A DNA stretch of 42,530 bases from a virus (IMGVR_UViG_3300037515_000545:1-42530); one strand, 5' to 3'; counted from the first letter of the stretch, positions 17,272-26,347 are shown. Notes: generated by a model not told the origin, from the letters alone. Translations and numbers: made by a program.

Positions 17272-17746
17272 GGATGTTTCCCTCTCTGTCGTTTCCTTCC
17301 CGGTCCCCGGTTCTACTTTCCCCGCCCGTGATGGGCCTGGCTGAAGAGATCACATCCCCCGGATAGGGGAACCTGCGGTTCCACGATGCGGTGATGGTGC
17401 CTATGGCCGTGGGCCACATTTGCCTCTCGGCCATGACTATCTCGCAATCCCCCTGGGTGATGGCCAGTCCCTTGGCGATGATGCCACGGCAGAAGGCCGG
17501 CTGGACTGCCTGCCAGTTGACGGTGGCATCCTGACTGGTGGTGGCCATGCATTCGGCCATGTCTGACTCGGAGCCCTGGCCCTGCGTGGTGGCGTAGACC
17601 TCCCCGGCACATTGCCCTCCCGCTGCGGACTCCACAAGCACTTGCCGATTGGCGTCCAAAAGCGGGATGGAAGACACTGGTAGCACCAGAAGGGCTAACC
17701 CGACGACAAGGACAACGAACCCTCCTATGGCAAGTAGCCGGTTCAT
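17261..17746 (-). CDS. Single-pass membrane protein with a 4-Cys extracytoplasmic domain
   Basis: Hydrophobic N-terminus (LLAIGGFVVLVVGLALLVLPV); overlaps both neighbours. Confidence 0.75.
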   Translation of the reverse strand: MNRLLAIGGFVVLVVGLALLVLPVSSIPLLDANRQVLVESAAGGQCAGEVYATTQGQGSESDMAECMATTSQDATVNWQAVQPAFCRGIIAKGLAITQGDCEIVMAERQMWPTAIGTITASWNRRFPYPGDVISSARPITGGESRTGDREGNDREGNIRGD

Positions 17747-19713
17747 ACCCCGTGCCCCTCCAATAGTGAGTGAACCTCGTCGCCCATCATGGTCGGCTTA
17801 GCTACCAGGGCGTCCGCCAGCGCCGTCAGGGCGTCGGGGTGTTCGGCCAGGATCGAATGTGCCAGATCGAGCCCATCCTGAAGAATGTTCTCCCGCTCCT
17901 TATGGAACTCCTCAGGATCTCGACCCATGCTGAAAGAGATTTGGAGTCCATGCCCGTACAAGACCATCTTCTCAGCCAGCCAGGTGGCGTGAGGACCGTC
18001 ACCACCGTGACCGTTGGAGTATTGGCCGAGGATGATCCCTTCGGCTGCACGGCTGGCCAGGGAGATGGCCACATTGGCCAGCATCTCGTCGTGCTGTTGC
18101 TGCCAGTCGTCGTCCAGGGGGGAGCGGGCCACCATGCCGCCGGTTCGCCCCCGCTGTTCGATCGAAGCAAACCAGATGCGGACCCGATCCTTCAGAAGGT
18201 GGTGCATGACCACGGCGTGGCCGGCCTCATGGACCGCCACCGCCCGCACGTTGTCCGGGTTCTCGAATACTCCTTCGGACTCACCGAACCGTTTCCACAA
18301 CATCGCCTGGGTGGCGTTGTCAAAGCTGACGGTCCCGGCGTCGTTACCGTCCCTGAAGCTGATCAGTATGGCCTCGTTTACAATGTCCTGGATTTCCGCG
18401 CCTGTGCCCTTGTGATGGTTGCGGGCCAGCCACTCGATCTGTTCGGGCTCTAGCCCGTGTGTGACCTTTCCCAGATAGCCGTTGTAGGTTGCCAGTCGTC
18501 CGTCGTACTTCGGGAAGTCCACACGAATCTCTCTACCGAATCGGCCTGCTCGCTTAAGAGCAGGGTCAACCACTGAGGGTCGATTAGTTGCGCCAAGGTA
18601 GAAAGGTCGTACCTTGGGCGGGGGGAGGGGCTTAAAACCCGCCAATGCCAATAGCTTGTTAACCAGTCCACGGGGTTCCTCCATTCCGTCCATCATTGAC
18701 AGGAACGCTTCCAGCGTCCCCATATTCATCCCGCCGCCACCCGTCACGATGACCGGGTAGAACTGCGGATCGGAAGCCATACAACCCAACTCCGCGGCGG
18801 CGAACCAGGGATCGGTGCCCTCCACCTCACCACCACGGTGGCCCAACACGTCGATCTCGTCGAAGAAGACGATTACCCCCCCATGCCGTTTGGACAGCTT
18901 GCGGATGTACCGCCCGAGCTGCCACACCTTCAAGAAGTTGATGCCGATGAACGTGGAGGCGAACGCCCCCGGCGGAATCAGGATCAGAGGTTTGGTGGAG
19001 GCATTGGCCGCAGCCTTGGCCAGCATGGTCTTCCCGGTGCCGGGAGGGCCGGTGAGGAGCATGCCTTTCGGCATGTAGCCGCCCGCCTTGGTTACGGCGG
19101 CATCGTTCTCCAACAATGCGACCTGTTCGGACACCCTGTTACGGGCATGGTCCTGGCCGTAAATGTCATCGAAGGTGACGTCGATGGTGCCGGGCGGCAC
19201 GATCTTGACGAACCCGACCTTCGTCAGGGCGATGAACATGAAGGCCATCTGCATCAGGCCGAAGGCCACACCCAACAAGATTTGGAGCACCATCGGGATC
19301 TGCTCTATGAACAGGTTGACCGAAAGGAGGGCACACTGGAAACCACCGTCACAACGTTCCGTAAACAACGAAATGATTTGGCCGTACACCCATAGGCCAG
19401 CCAGGACGATGAGGACCCTGCGGACCCGGTATCGGGCGTTCTCGTCGATGCGGTCCTTGGCCGTCTCCCATGACTGCTTGTAGGCTTCAGCCCTAGCCAC
19501 CGCCTCAGTGCTGTTCTCCAACTTGAAACGGATGAACTGTTTAATGACCTCGAAGACGAGCATGGCGTAAACGAGCCATGCGCCAGGCGACTTCAACCAC
19601 GGGAGAGGGTCGACATACTCGAGGGCGTAGGCCAGAACCACCAGGAAGAGGACACGCTTGGTACGTTCAAAGGTGGGAAGCGGCGGGCGGAGTTTCATTT
19701 CCACCGCCGCCAT
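17743..19713 (-). CDS. ftsH: FtsH-like membrane-anchored AAA+ zinc metalloprotease (peptidase M41); true start probably ATG at 19698
   Basis: About 4 TM segments; VTFDDIYG; PKGMLLTGPPGTGKTMLAKA; pore loop FIG; VFFDEID; ATNRP..VDPALKRAGRFGR; TGAEI..IVNEA; AVHEAGH; RAAE; G..GD. Confidence 0.93.
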   Translation of the reverse strand: MAAVEMKLRPPLPTFERTKRVLFLVVLAYALEYVDPLPWLKSPGAWLVYAMLVFEVIKQFIRFKLENSTEAVARAEAYKQSWETAKDRIDENARYRVRRVLIVLAGLWVYGQIISLFTERCDGGFQCALLSVNLFIEQIPMVLQILLGVAFGLMQMAFMFIALTKVGFVKIVPPGTIDVTFDDIYGQDHARNRVSEQVALLENDAAVTKAGGYMPKGMLLTGPPGTGKTMLAKAAANASTKPLILIPPGAFASTFIGINFLKVWQLGRYIRKLSKRHGGVIVFFDEIDVLGHRGGEVEGTDPWFAAAELGCMASDPQFYPVIVTGGGGMNMGTLEAFLSMMDGMEEPRGLVNKLLALAGFKPLPPPKVRPFYLGATNRPSVVDPALKRAGRFGREIRVDFPKYDGRLATYNGYLGKVTHGLEPEQIEWLARNHHKGTGAEIQDIVNEAILISFRDGNDAGTVSFDNATQAMLWKRFGESEGVFENPDNVRAVAVHEAGHAVVMHHLLKDRVRIWFASIEQRGRTGGMVARSPLDDDWQQQHDEMLANVAISLASRAAEGIILGQYSNGHGGDGPHATWLAEKMVLYGHGLQISFSMGRDPEEFHKERENILQDGLDLAHSILAEHPDALTALADALVAKPTMMGDEVHSLLEGHGV

Positions 19714-19910
19714 CTCTGGTACCTGGTTTCCCCCACCTGACGGACTTTCACCATGAACTCCTCGAGGTCACGGTCGTCAGCCAGCCAACGGCCCGGTGCA
19801 CATTTGGCGTGCAAAGAGAAACCATGCGACACGACGTCCGCGCCGGACCGGTCGCAGACAACACAATCGGAATCCACGGCAGCCAACTTCGCCAACAGCT
19901 CGGTTGTCAT
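19695..19910 (-). CDS. Hypothetical zinc-binding protein
   Basis: ATGA overlaps at both ends; CVVC...HAKC. Confidence 0.6.
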   Translation of the reverse strand: MTTELLAKLAAVDSDCVVCDRSGADVVSHGFSLHAKCAPGRWLADDRDLEEFMVKVRQVGETRYQRWRRWK

Positions 19911-20230
19911 ACCCGGCACTCTGAGCATGATTCGACAACCCGTTTCCGGCCGACCAGCATCGGGTTGGCATACCCTTTCGCCCCGCACCGGCATTTGACC
20001 GCTTTGGGTTTCAGGTGGGAGTGCAACGGCAGCCAAGCACCACGACTACGGGCAGGCGGCTGCTGTCTCTTCTTCCTCTTCACCGCGCCAATCTGGAAGG
20101 CGACGTGGGCTGCCCTACAGGCCGGGCAGGTCGGCTCCCCGGCTTCAAGATGCCGGTCGTAGCCCCGTGGTGTCCCCGTCGCCGGTTTACCCTTATTCGG
20201 GCCGTGCTTAAGCGGGGCACGGCAGCTCAC
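19907..20230 (-). CDS. Zinc-binding protein with a GT..GY.RH..AGE..C..CR.AH domain
   Basis: Domain also found in 36992..37480 and 38417..38995. Confidence 0.7.
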   Translation of the reverse strand: MSCRAPLKHGPNKGKPATGTPRGYDRHLEAGEPTCPACRAAHVAFQIGAVKRKKRQQPPARSRGAWLPLHSHLKPKAVKCRCGAKGYANPMLVGRKRVVESCSECRV

Positions 20231-20658
20231 AGCTTGCCTCGGGTCATTGGGTTCAGCCCTCCAAGACGGCGTCGATAGCGAAGAAACAAGACACTGAACG
20301 TGAAGTCGGGAGATCTAACGCTGACATCTTCGGGTGCGAACCGCCCGTCCAACCGCAGCTTGGCGAAGTTGGATTGCAGTCGATACTCGGCGGTCCGTAG
20401 CGAAGAATACGAGGTGGGTTCGGCGGGTTCGATGGCCGTCAGACGTTCGGGAATCGCCGCATACAACACTGGTACGGCTCGAGATATCCGCCAGTCGTAG
20501 TCGACCTGGTCATCCGCACCATAAAGCCTCGCCAACACCACGTCCGCCTGTTCGCCAACAGGGCCACCCTCCCGCTCCAGCAGCACAGAAGGGTCGTTGT
20601 TGATGACGTATTCAGCCTGTTCACGAAGCAGCGGTTTTATTCTTGACCACTTGCTCAT
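20227..20658 (-). CDS. Hypothetical protein
   Basis: TGATG coupling; MSKWSRIKPLL... Confidence 0.6.
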   Translation of the reverse strand: MSKWSRIKPLLREQAEYVINNDPSVLLEREGGPVGEQADVVLARLYGADDQVDYDWRISRAVPVLYAAIPERLTAIEPAEPTSYSSLRTAEYRLQSNFAKLRLDGRFAPEDVSVRSPDFTFSVLFLRYRRRLGGLNPMTRGKL

Positions 20659-20927
20659 CACAAGGTTTTCCATTCGCTGCGGGTTTCCACCCCACCAATC
20701 CTCGACCCGTCAAACGGTTTCGCCGACTGGCGGGGCAACCCGGCCATCTGCACTACACGGTGGTCGACCAAACCCCGCATCCGAAGACGGAACAACGCTT
20801 TCTCCACCGACTCCTGAAGGGCGTCCGGGAGCATGAGGGTGACACCCGCTGTGGTCAGCCAAGAGCCGTCGGTTTCCAACACGTCGAGCACTCGAACCGG
20901 GAGTCCGTTGGCGTGCATGCTCTTCAC
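20658..20927 (-). CDS. Putative winged-helix DNA-binding protein
   Basis: VLDVL....WLT..........SV.KAL.RL...GLV pattern. Confidence 0.55.
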   Translation of the reverse strand: MKSMHANGLPVRVLDVLETDGSWLTTAGVTLMLPDALQESVEKALFRLRMRGLVDHRVVQMAGLPRQSAKPFDGSRIGGVETRSEWKTL

Positions 20928-21178
20928 GCCGCCCTCCTCCTAGCCCGCTCCTGTTGGCGTTGCTTCGGCGTCATCCCACCCCACACACCTTCAGGCTGAC
21001 GTGACGTAACCGCATAATCGCCGCATTCGACGGTCACAGGACAGCCACCGCAGACACGTTTCGCCTCTTTCGCCCTCGCCATGTCCGCCCGTTTACGGCC
21101 GCCAGCAGGACCCCCGGGAACCGCGAAAAACAGGTCAGGGTCCACACCCAGGCAGGCGGCATGGTCCCGCCAGTTCAC
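20924..21178 (-). CDS. whiB: WhiB-family Fe-S transcription factor
   Basis: W...AAC...DPDLFF...AK.VC.GCPV...C...GVWGGMT...R. Confidence 0.95.
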   Translation of the reverse strand: MNWRDHAACLGVDPDLFFAVPGGPAGGRKRADMARAKEAKRVCGGCPVTVECGDYAVTSRQPEGVWGGMTPKQRQQERARRRAA

Positions 21179-22635
21179 ACTGTCACCTCGTCGAAGAAGA
21201 ACGGTCCGACCCGCTCGCGGGCCAACTCCAGGTTCCGCTCGTCCAAGTCGATGCCGATGGAGTCGTGGCCGTGGCCGTGAGCGACCATCAGGGTCGTACC
21301 GGAGCCGGCGAATGGGTCGAGGACGAGTCCGGGGCGATAGTCGTCGTGGCCACAGTCAGTCCAGCCGAACTCCCTGGGGGTCTTGATTGTCCGGTTGTAC
21401 GCAAACCCGCCAAGCCTTCCCGCAGGGTTCACTTCATTGGGTGCAATGAGTGCCTTGACAGGTCGCTCCTTGTCTAGAGGCACCTGCTCGTAGGCATCAT
21501 CGGGCGGGAATGCGTCATCTAGGTCATCAATCAGGTCCAAAACGACCTTGACCTTCTGCCACATCTCCCAGGGAGGCAGGTGTCCACCGACCTCCCAGTC
21601 CCACACATTGTTCGCTCCTACGCCGAGCGCTGACGCCAAAGCCTGACGAGACAGACTCTTCGCTTCACGGGCTTTAACTACGACTTCCGGTATGAGTCGG
21701 CGAGAGGCAGACGAGCCGTGTGCGATCCGTCTGCTCGGCTGCCCGCACGTCCGGCAAACTTTCTCCGGGGTCATCGCCTTCACCAACGACACCACCAGTT
21801 CAGGCGGGAACACCGCGTAGTGGCTTCCCTTGTAGCCGCCGGGGGGTATCTCCCAGTAGTCGAGGAGGGGAGCGCCGCCGGTTACCTCGACGTTCGGGAA
21901 CGAATCCCAGTTGCCGTCGCGTCCCATCGCCGGTTCTCCCTGGCGTAGTCGTGGCCGTTCGACTCTCGGCGTGTCCTTCCTCGTCGCCAGGTCATCCCAA
22001 TACCGTTTCCCCGACAGGCACGCCACCACCACGTCGGACGTAGCCGGACGCCACTTATCCCCAAGAGCCCCTACAGGAGGGTTGGGGCGGCACCACGTCA
22101 CCACATTCCGTATCCGCCATTGTCCTGCCGGTGAGGGCTGACCGGTTAGCGGGTTGAACCCGTAGGCGAGGGCGATCCGGTACAGCTCGGGGATGAGGGT
22201 CTTGGACTTGGCGAGCGGCCAATCGCCCCCGGCCTTCGTGCCGCGGCTGTTGTTGGCCAAGTTGCGGGCATCAGCGCCTCGTCGTGAATCGCCTGCCGAG
22301 CGCTGCGCGTAGACGGGTTGTCCCTCCCGCCATCCGTCGTCGGCGTAGTCGCCACCAGCGCCACCAGACCCCGCATACGTGTCACCTAGTTCGATGGCGA
22401 TGCTCCCGTGCGGGGCCAACACCCGCCGCAGTTCGGCAGTCACCTTCAACAGGACGTCGATGAACTCGGCGGGGGTCGCCTCCGAGCCGATCTCCTTCGC
22501 CTTGTCCGGGTGATCGCTAGGCAAATAACTGCGAAGAGCTAAAAAGGGCGGACTGGATATGCAGACGTCCACGGACCCGTCGTCGATGGTGGCGAGCCCG
22601 TCGAACACGTCAGCCACCAGGTAGCGGACGGTCAC
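21175..22635 (-). CDS. Beta-class amino DNA methyltransferase (probably N4-C) with an inserted XRE HTH
   Basis: SPPF catalytic motif near the N-terminus, H.AVFP.ELV, VLDPFAGSGTT SAM motif near the C-terminus. Confidence 0.9.
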   Translation of the reverse strand: MTVRYLVADVFDGLATIDDGSVDVCISSPPFLALRSYLPSDHPDKAKEIGSEATPAEFIDVLLKVTAELRRVLAPHGSIAIELGDTYAGSGGAGGDYADDGWREGQPVYAQRSAGDSRRGADARNLANNSRGTKAGGDWPLAKSKTLIPELYRIALAYGFNPLTGQPSPAGQWRIRNVVTWCRPNPPVGALGDKWRPATSDVVVACLSGKRYWDDLATRKDTPRVERPRLRQGEPAMGRDGNWDSFPNVEVTGGAPLLDYWEIPPGGYKGSHYAVFPPELVVSLVKAMTPEKVCRTCGQPSRRIAHGSSASRRLIPEVVVKAREAKSLSRQALASALGVGANNVWDWEVGGHLPPWEMWQKVKVVLDLIDDLDDAFPPDDAYEQVPLDKERPVKALIAPNEVNPAGRLGGFAYNRTIKTPREFGWTDCGHDDYRPGLVLDPFAGSGTTLMVAHGHGHDSIGIDLDERNLELARERVGPFFFDEVTV

Positions 22636-22991
22636 GCTGACACCCCCAAAGAGTCCCTCAGCTTCTTCAACGTTTCATACCGGTAAGCCCAGTCGACCTT
22701 CCGATACTCCAAAGCCAACGTTTTCAGTTCGTCCCACTGGCCGGGAAACCGGGCTTCAACCCACTCCCGCCATTCGAGAGGCCGGTGGGTGAACTTCACA
22801 TGGCATCCCCGGCAGAGGGCGACAGCGTTGTGGAAGTCGGTTCGGATCGACTTGTACGACCGGGAGATCAGGTGGGCGCACTGCAGGTTGTCGGGTGAAC
22901 CACAGTTCTGGCAGACACGGTCCCGGTCTCTCACCAACTGTGAGAACAGGACGTCCGACTTGCGCATCCAGTCCTGCCGCTTCTTGGTCAC
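22632..22991 (-). CDS. NinG/Rap-like HNH-fold recombination endonuclease
   Basis: D.LFS..VR.RD..C..CG....LQCAH.ISR....R....N...LC..CH. Confidence 0.8.
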   Translation of the reverse strand: MTKKRQDWMRKSDVLFSQLVRDRDRVCQNCGSPDNLQCAHLISRSYKSIRTDFHNAVALCRGCHVKFTHRPLEWREWVEARFPGQWDELKTLALEYRKVDWAYRYETLKKLRDSLGVSA

Positions 22992-23344
22992 GCCGCGTCT
23001 CCCGGCCTAGTACGTGTGAACTCGGCTTCCGCCCGGTGGGCGTTCAACAACGTCTGCCACATGCTCACCTGAGTCGACCGAGCTCTCACCGATTCGAGGG
23101 CGGCCCGGCGTATCCCCTCAGCCACATCACGGGTGTACCTCAGGTCGGCGGTGTCAGCGTCCACTAGGGCGACACGCTCCGCCGCTGTACCGTCAGTACG
23201 GTGGACCCAGGCGAGCGCCTTCCCCTTCCGATACTCACGTTCCGCGCTGGCTGTCTCCTCAGCAGACGAACGCAACACATCCAAACCGGCGTCTAGGAGA
23301 CGGGACAGGCGCCTCACCTCTTCGACGGCTTCAGGAAGGTTCAT
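22988..23344 (-). CDS. Hypothetical coiled-coil protein of the recombination module
   Basis: Helical, GTAAER motif; AAGGA RBS. Confidence 0.65.
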   Translation of the reverse strand: MNLPEAVEEVRRLSRLLDAGLDVLRSSAEETASAEREYRKGKALAWVHRTDGTAAERVALVDADTADLRYTRDVAEGIRRAALESVRARSTQVSMWQTLLNAHRAEAEFTRTRPGDAA

Positions 23345-23804
23345 CCGACGTTTCCTTGTCCATCTGGTTAGCCAGGAAATAGTCGCCTTGTGACCACAGG
23401 TGGAGGCCCAGCCCAAGACGCATCCAACAACGCTTGAACGCATCCGACGACGCCTCTTTCAGATTCGCCCCGTCCGTCTGCGCCGCCGCCCCCTCCACAT
23501 CACCCACCTCGACAACCGACACTGCCCTGCCGTCGACCTCGACGGTCAGCATGGCGGTGCAGCCCACCACCGCTTCACGCGCCGGGTACGTGTGTTCGTT
23601 GTCTTTGCCCTTATTGACGGTCACCGCTTCGGCATAACCACGGATGACTTGATCTACAGCAAATGAGAATGGGCCGACAATCGACAGGGCACGTTCGTTG
23701 ACCGTCGAATGGGAGACGTAGGAACCGAACTTGCCTTTAGGCGGAGACTTGATGAGCCGCGGTGGGAACGGTTCAGCCAACTGGCGGAGCTGCGACTGGC
23801 TCAT
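23331..23804 (-). CDS. Rad52/Rad22-family single-strand annealing protein (Sak-like)
   Basis: L.EPFP...I...YV....V.ER...K.A.SDAFKR....GLG..LW. Confidence 0.85.
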   Translation of the reverse strand: MSQSQLRQLAEPFPPRLIKSPPKGKFGSYVSHSTVNERALSIVGPFSFAVDQVIRGYAEAVTVNKGKDNEHTYPAREAVVGCTAMLTVEVDGRAVSVVEVGDVEGAAAQTDGANLKEASSDAFKRCWMRLGLGLHLWSQGDYFLANQMDKETSDEPS

Positions 23805-24538
23805 GCCGTCCTCCACAACACCGGGCTCATGTCCACCCCCGCCTGTCTCCAATGCCAGGCGGCCAGACACCCCAGAAAACCTTCGTACGCTCCAGTAACG
23901 TCTATCTCTCGGACGTCGCAGCCGTCCGGGGTCAACAGGACACCAACACAGCCGTCTACGTCTTGGAGGGGGAGTAGCTCGTCGTTCCAGTGGATGTGGG
24001 TGGCATACCGGATGGCAGCCAACTGCAACGCAATCTCCGGGTACAACGCCTTCGACGTCTTGTAATCCCCGATGACAACCCGGCCGTTGATGACCGCGAG
24101 GAAGTCGGCGGTACCCGCATACCCGTCGCCGAACACGGTGAACTCGGTGAACCGGAATTCGGGTTTGTAGACGTGGAGGAACTCGTCGGCCGCCGCCTTG
24201 TAGCGGATGGCGTCACCCTCGAGTTCGGGTGCGTAGCCACCGTTGCCCACGACTTCGAGGTACTCGTGGATCGAAGTTCCCCGGCTGGCGGCACGCTGCG
24301 AGTTGCGCCACGGTGAACCTTTGAGAATGTCTATCGCCTCGTCGCGGCCCAGCTCGTCGAGAGTCGACCGTAAATCCCAGGCACGTTCGGCGACCAGTTC
24401 CGCCGCCCACCGGGGGAGGGCAGGCTTGTCTAAGACGCCGATGATGTTCGTCACCGAAGGGAGAAGCTCACCCGTCTCCGGGTGTTCGTAGTGGCGTCCT
24501 TTACCGCGGACGTTCTGAGCGAGAGCAGGGGTGCTCAC
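23801..24538 (-). CDS. PD-(D/E)xK exonuclease (YqaJ/Cas4-like), partner of the annealase
   Basis: PSVT.II, RGT.IH, YAGTAD, IGDYKTS, LQLAA. Confidence 0.88.
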   Translation of the reverse strand: MSTPALAQNVRGKGRHYEHPETGELLPSVTNIIGVLDKPALPRWAAELVAERAWDLRSTLDELGRDEAIDILKGSPWRNSQRAASRGTSIHEYLEVVGNGGYAPELEGDAIRYKAAADEFLHVYKPEFRFTEFTVFGDGYAGTADFLAVINGRVVIGDYKTSKALYPEIALQLAAIRYATHIHWNDELLPLQDVDGCVGVLLTPDGCDVREIDVTGAYEGFLGCLAAWHWRQAGVDMSPVLWRTA

Positions 24539-24768
24539 CGTTCGTAGCTCTCGAAGAGTTGCCGGATCGCCTCGTCGATCGGGTCATACTGTGAAGGGTG
24601 GCGAGCAGCGGCGTCGCGGACAATCCGCCTGCCACGTTCCGCACTCCCACCGCCGACATGCCGGAAGAACAACCATCCGCTGGCCTTGCAGTAGACAATC
24701 CAAAACGGGCGGGTCAACCGGTCCAACCAGACGTAGCCGGTCACAGTCGAAAGCCGGTCAGGTTTCAC
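24535..24768 (-). CDS. Hypothetical protein
   Basis: GTGA-coupled ORF in the operon. Confidence 0.5.
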   Translation of the reverse strand: MKPDRLSTVTGYVWLDRLTRPFWIVYCKASGWLFFRHVGGGSAERGRRIVRDAAARHPSQYDPIDEAIRQLFESYER

Positions 24769-25025
24769 CGGAGGGCCTCGAATGTGATCGGAGCAGCACC
24801 ATCCGATGCCTCGATGGGCCAGGGGAACCAGTCACGCCCACCCTCGGGTTCCTGTAGCATCACACTCACAAGGTCGGCGTTGCCAGCCTTGCCATACGCC
24901 TTGCCGACAACCGTCACTTCAACTTGGTCGTCGGGCAGGCCGACACCCTCCTGTCGCAGAATGTATCGACGGCCTTGGATCGGCTGGCCTGTCTTGGTGA
25001 ATCCTCTCACTGTGCGTCCACCCAT
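24765..25025 (-). CDS. Hypothetical protein
   Basis: GGAG RBS; coupled. Confidence 0.55.
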   Translation of the reverse strand: MGGRTVRGFTKTGQPIQGRRYILRQEGVGLPDDQVEVTVVGKAYGKAGNADLVSVMLQEPEGGRDWFPWPIEASDGAAPITFEALR

Positions 25026-25159
25026 TCGTCTCCCTCCCCCTGAGCCACCAGGTTCTCCAGTGCTTCAGCGATGCGGTCCAACAACACCAAACCAAGCGCG
25101 ATGGCCTCCGTTGGAGACTGTGCTACGTCGCGGGCTTCGCCGTACGACAGCTCGCTCAC
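25007..25159 (-). CDS. Hypothetical 50-aa protein
   Basis: GAGGAG RBS, GTGA overlap; MSELSYGEARDVAQSPTEAIALGLVLLDRIAEALE... Confidence 0.55.
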   Translation of the reverse strand: MSELSYGEARDVAQSPTEAIALGLVLLDRIAEALENLVAQGEGDEWVDAQ

Positions 25160-25470
25160 TCATCCTCCTCACTCGGGACGTCGTAAATGTCATCCTCCGA
25201 TGAGTCCCAATCCTCAGCGAGGGGGGCGAACAGCCCGTTGTTGTGGGGGGTATGTCGCACTTCGACCTCGGGTCGCCATCCCACCGTCACCGTGTAGGCC
25301 GAAGCGCCGGGATAGACCCGGGCGTGGTGGACGTTGTGTCGTTGCTCCATCAGCATCGACAGCGCCTCCTCGGCCGTGTCTGCAAGGAAATCGCTGCGCA
25401 TCCAGCCCTTGTCCTTACGTTCGGTCATCCCGATCGTCCGGTAGAAGACGTGCCATTGCGGGAGGCTCAT
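25156..25470 (-). CDS. Hypothetical protein
   Basis: ATGA overlap; MSLPQWHVFYRT... Confidence 0.6.
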   Translation of the reverse strand: MSLPQWHVFYRTIGMTERKDKGWMRSDFLADTAEEALSMLMEQRHNVHHARVYPGASAYTVTVGWRPEVEVRHTPHNNGLFAPLAEDWDSSEDDIYDVPSEEDE

Positions 25471-25691
25471 AGGGCGTCCACCCATGAGGCAAAGACAATC
25501 AGCAGCAGCCACACGGCCACCAGCAGGAACGGCCAAACCTCGGGGCCGGCCGTCGTCCAACGGAACCGGTCGTCCAAACGGGCGTACCGGTGGCAGTCGC
25601 GGCAGCGTGCCCGCCACAGGAACGAGGTGGCCGTGGTGACACGAAGTTCGCCACGGCAGGCGGGACACTCGTCACGGCGGACGTACGTCAT
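25467..25691 (-). CDS. Zinc-ribbon membrane protein
   Basis: CPAC and CRDC plus a C-terminal TM helix. Confidence 0.6.
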   Translation of the reverse strand: MTYVRRDECPACRGELRVTTATSFLWRARCRDCHRYARLDDRFRWTTAGPEVWPFLLVAVWLLLIVFASWVDAL

Positions 25692-26347
25692 GTGTTCTCC
25701 AGTGCAAGGACGCCTTGGGCGAGACGTTGGACAGCTATCTCGCAGTACTTCTCTTCGATTTCGATGCCGATAGCGCGGGAGCCTCGTGCGCGAGCAGCAA
25801 TAAGAGTGGAGCCGCTCCCCAAATATGGGTCCAAAACAAGTCCGTAGGGCGGCATGAACTCATCGAGGAGCCACCGCATTAGCGTGACGGGTTTCTGGGT
25901 AGGGTGCAGAAAGCCTTCGTCGGAATCTCGCTCCGATCCATCCCACTGAATTGCAGCCTTGTGAGTCCGGCCCGTGACATTCGACCAGGCCAACTCGACG
26001 TCGGAGGACATGAATCCTCGGCGCTTTCCCATCGGTTTCTTGTCCCAAATGATCCACCCGCCCGATATGGGGAGTCTGTTGGCGTACCAATTCGCTCCCC
26101 ACAGAATCACGTTCGGGAACCGAAGCAAGGGGGTGGGGTCGAACGTCTCATTGTCGCCAACCACGGAAGGAACTATCCATTGCGTCCGTCGGCTCCGTTC
26201 TCGCCCATCGCGCTGCGCCTTGTACGCCATCCCATACGGAGGGTCTGTGAGAACCAGCCCAACGTCCGCGACCTCAATAGAGGGCAGCACTTCTCGACAG
26301 TCGCCGTGGTAGATGGTGATCCCGTCCTCGTCGTAGTAGGGGGTCAT
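25688..26347 (-). CDS. Beta-class DNA methyltransferase (probably N6-adenine)
   Basis: TDPPYG, HPTQKP, VLDPYLGSGST. Confidence 0.93.
   Translation of the reverse strand: MTPYYDEDGITIYHGDCREVLPSIEVADVGLVLTDPPYGMAYKAQRDGRERSRRTQWIVPSVVGDNETFDPTPLLRFPNVILWGANWYANRLPISGGWIIWDKKPMGKRRGFMSSDVELAWSNVTGRTHKAAIQWDGSERDSDEGFLHPTQKPVTLMRWLLDEFMPPYGLVLDPYLGSGSTLIAARARGSRAIGIEIEEKYCEIAVQRLAQGVLALENT

Noticed and set aside
23801-24538. Cas4 as evidence of a CRISPR system
   Set aside because: It lacks the Fe-S cysteines and lies beside a Rad52-like annealase, so it is an ordinary phage recombination exonuclease.
21175-26347. Restriction-modification system
   Set aside because: No cognate restriction endonuclease is adjacent; orphan methyltransferases are routine in phages.
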